From the NCBI GenBank assembly GCA_951812955.1, contig OX638340.1, positions 2,464,001 through 2,528,000 on the forward strand: a DNA stretch of 64,000 nucleotides. The letters run 5' to 3'. The stretch is from an uncultured Gemmatimonadota bacterium (lineage in GTDB: Bacteria > JAAXHH01). Positions within the stretch are counted from its first letter, which is position 1, and each line of letters starts with the position of its first letter. The notes below the pieces were generated by a model. That model was given only the letters and a program-made list of their open reading frames with translations, ran no database searches and had not been told where the DNA came from. Of the stretch, positions 56,324-64,000 are shown one piece after another. The position numbers and the translations under genes were made by a program.

Positions 56324-58198
56324 TCAACCATGTTCAGAGTCCTTCAGCACTTCAATTTTGGTCTGTCCGCTTTCCGTAGCGATTACGACATCGGTATTCC
56401 CATATTCATAGGTTGTCCCTAACGACATTCTAATGTTATTACTCGACCATGCATTGAGAGGCATCAATTCCTTTACCTCTTCATACTTCAGTACACCGCA
56501 ACGGGTATGCATAACCAAGCTGGTAGTTTTCGCTGCTTTTTCGCTTAACGCCAGTATCAGGTTGCCGGAAACGGTACGGAGGTTGCACCTGCCCCTTCGA
56601 ATACCGTCAGTGTAGCACAGCCGAGTGGTGCCATAGCGGTTGAAAATGGAAACATCTCCATTTAGATCACGTGCATCCAACACAGTACGACCGACTTCCA
56701 TATCCACACCGCCACTGATTGACTCGATCTTTCCTTCCCACTGATCTGGGCGTGCTAACATGTCGTGATCCAAGCTGCTTCCCCCACAGCCGTACATACG
56801 CTGATATACCAATCCGCTTACCTGTCGTATTTTGGAGAACTCGCTGTTGAAAAGATAGACATCTCCTGTGATTCCCTGTATATGGCAGGAATAGCAGGAA
56901 TACATTAAAAGTGAACCTTTCAAACCATCCACATTGACCTTATTGGATCTGAAAACCGACATTCTCATCCCGGCGGGAACCGAAATCGACATATGGCAAT
57001 ACGTGGCATGGCCGAATAGATTCGTTTCGTCGGTACAAACAGCTTCGAAAATATCCTCGACATTGCCTGACACGGTCGCTCTCGGCAATTCTATGGGTCG
57101 TACATTCGAAGTGTGAACAGTGATACGTAGTGATTTCCCCAGACTGTTTCCCACAGGTTTCGGCAGGGGCAGAAATCCGTCGACTTCATGCTTCAAATCT
57201 GGAAACATGTCGACCGTTCTTACACCGCCGACATTATCCTCCAGCACGCGGTCATTAATCAGATCACTTCTCCAGAATTTACTGATTGGCGACGTAGCGG
57301 CTACGTAATCAGATCCATAAGGGTTGCTGGTACCAAGAAACAACGCCCCTTCGTGGGGGCCTGTTTCCAGGTAGTTGGCGACCTGGTCATGAGATATATG
57401 AAAGCCGCTGAGGTTGCTTCGCGATTCTTCTTCCGTCAGACCCAACGCGATCTTCGAACCTTCAACAATAACCTGTTTTCCCTGTGCCTGCTTAATATCG
57501 ACCTCCGTATTCACGCCGCAGTAGAGGACAATGTTTTTCGTGTCTCCCATGTCTATGGTTTCACTGAAATCTTCTCTGGCGATCTTGCAGACCACATCCT
57601 GTACTTCATCGGTCACATCGATCTGGCTCATGGCGATGGTCTCCTTTTCCTGAGGCGACAGTGCTGCTCTCAGCCGGATCCGGGACTGGAATAGCCGTCC
57701 TTTCACCGTCGATTCGGGAATGTCCAGAAACGAGGCGATTTCCTTCAGTGAAAAACCGGTGTAGTAGTACAAATTGACGATCTGGCGATAGTGTTCGGGC
57801 AGTCTCTCGACTTCATCCCAAAGCTCGAGACACTCGAGGTATTCCCGATGGATCTGGTCCGCCAGGGGGAATTCGTCGCGCATATGTTCAGCATCCGGAT
57901 CGACTCGGACCAGACGATCAACCTTCTTCCGACGGCGCGATTCCTTGCATCGGTTGACGACGATTCTGTGAAACCAACTACCGAAAACGGCCGGGTCCTT
58001 CAATTGCGACAACTTGCAGTAAGCGGCAACGAATGCATCCTGTACCACGTCCTCCGCGTCTGTTCGATCCCGAAGGAATCCCAGCGCTACGGCGAAAGCG
58101 GCGTTCTGGTACCGCCGGACCAGCGGCTCGAAGGCGTCGGCGTTTCCCTGCAGGCACTGCAGGATGCTGTAAGTGTCGTCGTGTGTTGTTTTCGCCAT
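56324..58198 (-). CDS. ECF sigma factor (about 185 aa, regions 2 and 4) fused to a ~430-aa C-terminal extension of unknown function
   Basis: sigma-2 DAEDVVQDAFVAAY...FGSWFHRIVVNRC and sigma-4 LYYYTGFSLKEIASFLDIPESTVKGRL; no TM; conserved Cys cluster YCHMSI...CYSCH. Confidence 0.75.
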   Translation of the reverse strand: MAKTTHDDTYSILQCLQGNADAFEPLVRRYQNAAFAVALGFLRDRTDAEDVVQDAFVAAYCKLSQLKDPAVFGSWFHRIVVNRCKESRRRKKVDRLVRVDPDAEHMRDEFPLADQIHREYLECLELWDEVERLPEHYRQIVNLYYYTGFSLKEIASFLDIPESTVKGRLFQSRIRLRAALSPQEKETIAMSQIDVTDEVQDVVCKIAREDFSETIDMGDTKNIVLYCGVNTEVDIKQAQGKQVIVEGSKIALGLTEEESRSNLSGFHISHDQVANYLETGPHEGALFLGTSNPYGSDYVAATSPISKFWRSDLINDRVLEDNVGGVRTVDMFPDLKHEVDGFLPLPKPVGNSLGKSLRITVHTSNVRPIELPRATVSGNVEDIFEAVCTDETNLFGHATYCHMSISVPAGMRMSVFRSNKVNVDGLKGSLLMYSCYSCHIQGITGDVYLFNSEFSKIRQVSGLVYQRMYGCGGSSLDHDMLARPDQWEGKIESISGGVDMEVGRTVLDARDLNGDVSIFNRYGTTRLCYTDGIRRGRCNLRTVSGNLILALSEKAAKTTSLVMHTRCGVLKYEEVKELMPLNAWSSNNIRMSLGTTYEYGNTDVVIATESGQTKIEVLKDSEHG

Positions 58199-58475
58199 AG
58201 GGTAGTTGTCGTCTTAAGGGTTTCGTACAAAATCAGATAATAAGGAAGCGTTACATAGAATAAGATGACCTTGCGGCCTCAACGGTTAAAAACAAAATCG
58301 TGTATATGGTGGCGGTCAGGTCTCGAAGAGTTGAAATACGGCCTATCCCCTCATGGAATGACCTTTCGAGACCGACAACGCAGATTTTGGGGTCGATTCG
58401 TATCGGTAGGTTCAGATTCAAAAGGATGCACGACTCATGACCGGTATCGGAAGCGTATTCAACTTCCTATCACGC

Positions 58476-58506
58476 ATAGTCGTGGTTTGGTGGGCAATTT
58501 CGAACG
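58476..58506. repeat. copy 3 of the conserved ~30-nt element, between the two sigma-fusion paralogs
   Basis: ATAGTCGTGGTTTGGTGGGCAATTTCGAAC. Confidence 0.6.
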
Positions 58507-58537
58507 TACAGTTACCTGCGGGGTTCGAGACTTAAAC

Positions 58538-60412
58538 TCACTTCATCGCGTCGGGGCCATCTGACAACTCGACTTCGGCGGTGCCACTTTCTGTAAGGAG
58601 CAGATAGTCCGCGTGCGTTGTATCATACGTAGTTCCGGCCGTGATGCGATGCCCGTCGTTATATGTCGAATAGAGCCGCATCACGTCCTTTGCCTGACCC
58701 AATTTCAAGACGCCACAACGCGTATACATCACAACGCTGACCGTCTTTGCGAGTCTTTCATCCAGAACCAGCTTTGCCTCGCCAGAGACGGTCCTGAGGT
58801 TACAACGAGTTCCGGATTCCCGGGATGACTGGTACAAGCGGGTTGTACCGAATCGGTTGTAAATGGATACGTCACCCTCCAGGTCCTGCGCGTCCAGCAC
58901 GAAACGGCCGACATCGATATCCACACTGCCCTTTATATTGGATAGTTTTCCTTCCCACACATCCGTGTTGCGTATCATTCCGTCAAGGTAGCTCGCGGCG
59001 CCGTATTCATACATTCGCTGACAGAACACACCGCCTACTTCATGTATATCCGAAAACATGCTGTTGAACAGGTACACATCCTTCGAGATACCGGTTATCT
59101 GGCAGGAATGGCAGGCATACACCATCAAGGAACCGTTCAATCCCTCCGCGTTGATCCGCTTCGCCTTGAACACCGAAATGTTCTTTCCGGCCGGGACCTC
59201 AATAGAAACATGACAGTACGAGGCCGGTCCGAAAACCTTGGAATCATCGGACCAGTAAACCTGGAAAACATCCTTGATGCTTTCCGTCATGGCGGAGTTC
59301 GGTACATGAATCGGCCGTACTTCCATCGTGTGAACCGAAATCCGTATTGATTTGCTCAAGCTCGCACGCGCCGGTTTTGGCAGCGGAGGAAACGTATCGA
59401 TATCGTCTTTAAGATCCGGGTACAGATCGACCAATCTCACCCCGTTACAAACTTCGTCCAGCATCCAGTCGTTCATCAGATCCCGTCTCCAGTGGTCGCT
59501 GATCCGTTTGGTCATAGCTGCGTTTTCGCCACTGGTTGAATCTACACCGACAAAAAGCTCACCTTCATGGGGACCGGCTTTATAGAAATCATCGACCGTA
59601 TCGTGGGAAACGGCAAATCCGCCAAGGTTGAGGGTTGCCTCTTCTTCGCTAAAACCAAGCGCGATCTTCGAACCTCTCACAACAACCTGTTCTCCTTGCG
59701 CCTGCTTAATCTCAACCTCCGTACTCACGCCGCAATAGAGGACGATGTTCTCTACGTCGCCCATGTCGATCGTTTCTACAAAATCCTCCTTGGCGATCCG
59801 GCAGACAACATCCTGGACCTCTTCGGTTACGTCGATCTGGCTCATGGCAATGGTCTCCTTTTCCTGTGGGGACAACGCCTCTCTCAGCCGGATTCTGGAC
59901 TGATAGAGGCGTCCCCGCGCCGTGGATTGCGGAATGTCCAGAAAGGCAGCGATTTCTTTCAGTGAGAAGCCGGTGTAGTAGTACAACGTGACGACCTGGC
60001 GATAAAGTTCCGGGAGCTGCTCGACTTCATCCCAGATTTCGAGACGCTCGATGTATTTTTGATGGATACGATCCGACATAGCGAATTCATCGCGAGATTC
60101 TCCAGAAACCGTATCGACGCGGACTTGACGACCGATTCTGCTTCGTCGGACCAGCTCCTTGCAACGGTTGACAACGATTCGGTGAAACCAACTGCCGAAA
60201 ACGGCCGGGTCCTTCAACTGCGACAGCTTGCAGTAGGCGGCCACAAAAGCATCCTGTACCACGTCCTCCGCGTCTGTTCGATCCCGAAGGTAACCCAGAG
60301 CCACGGCGAAAGCGGCATTCTGGTACCGCCGGACCAGCGGCTCGAAGGCGTTGGCGTTTCCCTGCAGGCACTGGCGGATGTTATAGGTATCGTCGTGTAT
60401 GAGAGTGGTCAT
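58538..60412 (-). CDS. paralogous ECF sigma factor fused to a ~430-aa C-terminal extension
   Basis: same architecture and length (624 aa) as 56324-58198; N-terminal 185 aa nearly identical. Confidence 0.75.
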   Translation of the reverse strand: MTTLIHDDTYNIRQCLQGNANAFEPLVRRYQNAAFAVALGYLRDRTDAEDVVQDAFVAAYCKLSQLKDPAVFGSWFHRIVVNRCKELVRRSRIGRQVRVDTVSGESRDEFAMSDRIHQKYIERLEIWDEVEQLPELYRQVVTLYYYTGFSLKEIAAFLDIPQSTARGRLYQSRIRLREALSPQEKETIAMSQIDVTEEVQDVVCRIAKEDFVETIDMGDVENIVLYCGVSTEVEIKQAQGEQVVVRGSKIALGFSEEEATLNLGGFAVSHDTVDDFYKAGPHEGELFVGVDSTSGENAAMTKRISDHWRRDLMNDWMLDEVCNGVRLVDLYPDLKDDIDTFPPLPKPARASLSKSIRISVHTMEVRPIHVPNSAMTESIKDVFQVYWSDDSKVFGPASYCHVSIEVPAGKNISVFKAKRINAEGLNGSLMVYACHSCQITGISKDVYLFNSMFSDIHEVGGVFCQRMYEYGAASYLDGMIRNTDVWEGKLSNIKGSVDIDVGRFVLDAQDLEGDVSIYNRFGTTRLYQSSRESGTRCNLRTVSGEAKLVLDERLAKTVSVVMYTRCGVLKLGQAKDVMRLYSTYNDGHRITAGTTYDTTHADYLLLTESGTAEVELSDGPDAMK

Positions 60413-60442
60413 GTTGAATCAAATCGAAGTCTGAATGCAGTT

Positions 60443-61441
60443 TTAGTCGAGATATGCATCAAAAGCCGCCAGCAGTGAAGGATAGTAATCTTCGAAGGTC
60501 ATATCTTGAATATGATGCTGCTCGAAATCCTCAAGTGCTCGAATAAGGGCGGGGAGGTAGTGAAACCCCTTTTCTATATCTCGCACGAGTAAACGATCAC
60601 CGTGTTTTGGACCCGTTTCTCTATGAAACAATCGAGACGTAATGGCGCGTATCAAATGTTCGTTCAAGCATATCTCCCAAGCCCCATAGCCACCCGCCTT
60701 AGCCATTTTATCTAGTATCGGGTCCAACAATGAGGCGTACTTCCCGATGTCAGGGCGATGTCGTTCAGTAACGGGATTAACGAACGAATGGCCGAACTCA
60801 TGCCAGATGAGTTCCAGCAATTCGTCTCTTGTTCCATACACCGGAATACCTTCAACCGATCCGACAGGCCCTATCACGCTGAATATGGACAGCCTGTTAT
60901 CAGGATGTCGGACTCGAGGTCCGATCCCACCGTGTTGAAACAAGGGGCTCAAAACCAGGTTGTAGTCACGATGTCGCATTCCATAGTATTGTTCCAAGAC
61001 GTCGATCAAATTCTCACTGCCCAGTGTTTGAAAAACTGTGTCAATTAAGGATTTGTAGTACGTGGTTTGGCTTTCAAAAAAAGTACCAAAGTCCGATTGG
61101 ATCGCAAAATCACTCAGTAGTTTGTAGAATGTTCGAAACCGGGTTTCGCCTTGAAATGCTCGAATGTAGTATTCGTAGTTTTCGTACGGGAATATAGGTG
61201 TGAGTCCCGGCAGTTCCGACAGCGACAACACCGGACCCAGGTAGGCGTCCGAGTAAGTACCATTCTCTGTGATTTTCCTAAACAGCTTGACTGCCTCATG
61301 CGTTTTGAATGGCGAAAAGTAATCCCGCATGTACTGGGAATACGCCACATCGTACCTGGTTAGTCCTTCATAGTCGCACAGCAACTTTATAGTGATGACA
61401 AGTTCAATTCTGGGATCTACGTCGATGCTCAGCCTGGTCAT
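60443..61441 (-). CDS. HExxH-motif (WHEFGH) putative zinc metallopeptidase-like protein, cytoplasmic
   Basis: 332 aa; no signal peptide; ELLELIWHEFGHSF. Confidence 0.5.
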   Translation of the reverse strand: MTRLSIDVDPRIELVITIKLLCDYEGLTRYDVAYSQYMRDYFSPFKTHEAVKLFRKITENGTYSDAYLGPVLSLSELPGLTPIFPYENYEYYIRAFQGETRFRTFYKLLSDFAIQSDFGTFFESQTTYYKSLIDTVFQTLGSENLIDVLEQYYGMRHRDYNLVLSPLFQHGGIGPRVRHPDNRLSIFSVIGPVGSVEGIPVYGTRDELLELIWHEFGHSFVNPVTERHRPDIGKYASLLDPILDKMAKAGGYGAWEICLNEHLIRAITSRLFHRETGPKHGDRLLVRDIEKGFHYLPALIRALEDFEQHHIQDMTFEDYYPSLLAAFDAYLD

Positions 61442-61503
61442 CTCTATTTCTCCGTGCTCGGCGAAAGGAGTCGGTATATCTCGACCGAGGATACCGAATG
61501 CAC

Positions 61504-62394
61504 TTACCGTCCGTACCCGCTTTCTTTAAAAAAACGTAGCGCATCGGGGCCGTCCTTTATGGCCAGAATGTCCTCAATAGCCGCCTTTTTATCAGCCCTC
61601 TTCTCGTAGTATGCTTCACATATCTTGTACCCTACGTAGTATCCAAGGTCAGCAGGCCTTGCTCCCGTGCCGCTGCCGCCGTTGTAGAGCCATTTGCTCA
61701 TATCGGTTTGTAACATTTCATTCGAGAACGATTCCCACAATTCAGTTTCGTGCGCCTCTCCATACACGTGCAAATGAGGGTTGATGTGTTTTCCAGTTGC
61801 TAACTCTCCAAGGAAATCGGCAGCACCTTCGAGTATGGAGTGACCCAGTAGTGTGTTTTCTCCAAAATCATAGGCCTGTTGAGTGTGTATAAGTTCGTGG
61901 ATAACGATAAATGGAATCTCTTCTACCGGTTTGAGGACTTCAAGATACCATTCGTTCAGTTCGTCCGAAGGAAGATCGTCCGTCCGGCACCAAATTTCGG
62001 TCCCGATCAGCAGCCCATTGCTCGACGTTGTTCCGCCGGAGGTCATTTTGCCAATCATAAAGTACACATCTGGAAAATCTGCCTTACTGTATAGTTGCTT
62101 CCAGTTGTGCATATACCCACGGATCTGATCGGTCAAATCCAACACACGGTTTGAACTCTCTCTTATAGAAGCGTAATACCTCGGTCGGGCTTCGATTACC
62201 TTGACCAACTCATCCGCACTCTCGATTCTGGATTCGATGAAATCTTTTAAACCGATACTGCCCTTTGCGAAGTACTCCGATTCGAAGATGTTTATCATTT
62301 CTTCTGTAGTCTTGCCTTCTGACAGGTCGTACGCCAGCCAGAAACGATCGATATCGGAAGTAACCAACCGGACGTCGTCGGGATCGTTACTCAT
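61504..62394 (-). CDS. HExxH-motif (IHELIH) putative zinc-dependent protease-like protein (DUF2268-like)
   Basis: 296 aa; no signal peptide; FIVIHELIHTQQ...GENTLL; GGGAGG SD. Confidence 0.5.
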   Translation of the reverse strand: MSNDPDDVRLVTSDIDRFWLAYDLSEGKTTEEMINIFESEYFAKGSIGLKDFIESRIESADELVKVIEARPRYYASIRESSNRVLDLTDQIRGYMHNWKQLYSKADFPDVYFMIGKMTSGGTTSSNGLLIGTEIWCRTDDLPSDELNEWYLEVLKPVEEIPFIVIHELIHTQQAYDFGENTLLGHSILEGAADFLGELATGKHINPHLHVYGEAHETELWESFSNEMLQTDMSKWLYNGGSGTGARPADLGYYVGYKICEAYYEKRADKKAAIEDILAIKDGPDALRFFKESGYGR

Positions 62395-62796
62395 TGAGGA
62401 AAACCTCCCTGTTTGCTGAGCATAGGCTATTGCGAAACTCGTACCAGCAGAAATACCAACAAAGGACCATGCACGTCTCGAATCTCGTTGAGTTCATAAC
62501 AGACATGATCATGGGTCTAGTTTTCCTTTGCCAGTCTGCACCCTGTGAAGAAGTCTGAATCGGTCGACCGTATGTTGACCGTACATGGTTTACAGGTGTT
62601 GATTGCCCGATGAGGGACATAACCCTCTGATAGTTTAGACGCTTCAGTACTCCAATTGATCAAAATCGAATTTGTTGGTTCTGTGAATTTGCAAATGAGA
62701 AGTCCACACACGATCATAAGAGGGACATTTACACATCGTACGTTTTGTCCTCAATTTCGTGGTCTGGTTGTTCACTGTATACACCCCACCGCATCA

Positions 62797-62824
62797 TTGA
62801 CACCGGCACCGATTCCCTTATATT
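62797..62824 (+). promoter_or_regulatory. sigma70-like promoter (TTGACA, 16 nt, TATATT) for the redoxin gene
   Basis: read directly in the AT-rich intergenic region. Confidence 0.4.
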
Positions 62825-62908
62825 CTATATATAGGTATTACTACATATAAAAAGGATCACGAGAGCAGGCTGAATACCATTAGCATTTCAAACTGAACAG
62901 GAGTAGTC

Positions 62909-63403
62909 ATGGCGTTCCTGGAAGCCGGGGTCGCGGCCCCGGAAGTCACCCTGGAAGACGCGGACGGACAATCGACGTCGCTGGCCGACCTGACTAACGG
63001 CGGCTGGTTGCTGGCCGTCTTTTACAAGGTGGGCTGCGGGACCTGCAAGTTCAGCGCCCCCTATTTCGAGAAGATCCACCAGGCTTACGGCGGCAAGCAG
63101 GGATTCCGGGTGCTCGGTGTCTCGCAGGACACGCCGGAGGACACCCGCGCTTTCATGGACGAACACGGCGCTTCCTTCGAGAACGTGTACGACGCCACCC
63201 ACTGGGCCTCCGCGGATTTCGGCCTGACGAACGTGCCGACGTGGTTTCTCATGGACGAAAACGGCGGCATACTGGACAGCAACACGGGCTTCTGCCGGAC
63301 CGACCTCAACGAGTTGTCGGTGACCGTCGCGGCCCATCTCGGCGAAGAGGCCGTTGTCATTTCGCCGGGGGACGACGGCGCGCCCGAACTGAAGCCTGGA
63401 TGA
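62909..63403 (+). CDS. thioredoxin-fold thiol-disulfide oxidoreductase (TlpA/redoxin family) with a CxxC motif
   Basis: WLLAVFYKVGCGTCKF. Confidence 0.65.
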   Translation: MAFLEAGVAAPEVTLEDADGQSTSLADLTNGGWLLAVFYKVGCGTCKFSAPYFEKIHQAYGGKQGFRVLGVSQDTPEDTRAFMDEHGASFENVYDATHWASADFGLTNVPTWFLMDENGGILDSNTGFCRTDLNELSVTVAAHLGEEAVVISPGDDGAPELKPG

Positions 63404-63644
63404 GGCTCCAAACAACCGGTCGGGCCTCGACCGTAACCCGGACATAAGAAAACGAAACCTGGAAGGCGGCCGCTTCGGCCCGGATCGAATGTTCCCGGCG
63501 CCGGAGGGTCGCTTTTTGTTCCTGTAGAGCGCAAATGATGCCGGTAAATCTGACGTCATGCCGGCCACGGTAGCGCTGAACCATACGAATCTTCACGCGT
63601 CGACCTCAGGATCACGTGCATCACAGCGGGAACATCAAGGAACC

Positions 63645-64000
63645 ATGAGCGAATCGACTACATCCCACGTCCCCAAGCCCCCGTGGCTCAAGGTACGCCT
63701 GAAGCAGGGGCCGAACTTTCGGGAACTGAAGCGCCTGGTCGGAGACAACCGGCTTCACACCATCTGCGAGAGTGCCCAGTGCCCGAATATCTGGGAATGC
63801 TGGGAGCAGCGGACCGCCACCTTCATGATTCTGGGAGATATTTGCACGCGAAGCTGCGGGTTCTGTGCGGTGAAGACGGGCCGGCCGGACAAGGGGCTGG
63901 ACTGGGACGAGCCCGAGCGCGTGGCCGGGGCCGTGGAGAAGCTGGGCCTGCGGTTCGCCGTGATCACCTCGGTCAACCGGGACGAGCGGACCGACGGCGG
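63645..64000 (+). CDS. lipA: lipoyl synthase, 3'-truncated by the window end
   Basis: PKPPWLKVRL...CESAQCPNIWECW...CTRSCGFCAV radical-SAM and auxiliary cluster motifs. Confidence 0.85.
   Translation, partial: MSESTTSHVPKPPWLKVRLKQGPNFRELKRLVGDNRLHTICESAQCPNIWECWEQRTATFMILGDICTRSCGFCAVKTGRPDKGLDWDEPERVAGAVEKLGLRFAVITSVNRDERTDG

Larger units (their letters stand above)
51780..62900. other. compositionally atypical (~50% GC vs ~65% flanks) island, probably horizontally acquired
   Basis: GC estimated by eye; flanked by AT-rich non-coding DNA; gene content unrelated to the neighbours. Confidence 0.5.

Noticed and set aside
58511-58535. tRNA-like T-loop string GGGGTTCGAGACT
   Set aside because: No acceptor stem or anticodon arm can be folded from the preceding 70 nt. 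It lies within the copy-3 element region.
62387-62620. 77-codon minus-strand ORF overlapping the start of the 61504-62394 gene by 8 nt
   Set aside because: It has no SD, random-looking composition and no recognisable features. In about 45% GC DNA an ORF of this size is not significant, though a small leader peptide cannot be excluded.

Overview
This is a high-GC (~65%) bacterial chromosomal window centred on the replication origin. On the minus strand it carries dnaA, a DnaA-box/AT-rich oriC, dnaN, recF, a DUF721 (DciA-like) gene, gyrB and gyrA. On the plus strand it carries rpmH (missed by the ORF track), rnpA, yidD, yidC, mnmE, mnmG and rsmG. The left part holds ecfT, truA and a SpoU/TrmJ-type methyltransferase. 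It also holds a System I cytochrome c maturation cluster, ccmA-ccmB-ccmC plus an unannotated 51-aa ccmD. A CcmE with a CxxxY (Cys-for-His) haem-binding motif is separated from ccmA by two unusual membrane proteins. Next come a MoxR-VWA-DUF4159 triad and a complete LysW amino-group-carrier-protein cluster. That cluster is lysW, an intrinsic terminator, two tandem LysX-like ATP-grasp ligases, lysY, an embedded hisS, lysZ, lysJ and lysK. The right part holds two tandem moeA paralogs, a pepP whose N-terminus contains a 21/42-nt tandem repeat, argJ, carB, a TPR-HExxH protein, comEC and an ABC ATPase. The most unusual region is an ~11 kb low-GC (~50%) island at about 51.8-62.9 kb. It encodes a minus-strand array: two HExxH metallopeptidase-like proteins, then two tandem paralogous ECF sigma factors each fused to a ~430-aa cysteine-containing C-terminal extension of unknown function, then an FtsX-type ABC permease. 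The sigma domains are near-identical and host-like in GC, while the extensions are diverged and low-GC. The island also holds a TonB-C-like lipoprotein and a TlpA-like thioredoxin-fold protein lacking CxxC. A conserved ~30-nt element occurs three times, upstream of the ABC ATPase, upstream of a 5'-deleted ATPase pseudogene fragment, and between the two sigma paralogs. This points to a shared cis-regulatory site and an old rearrangement. The window ends with a CxxC redoxin and a partial lipA. No rRNA, tRNA, CRISPR array or transposase was found.
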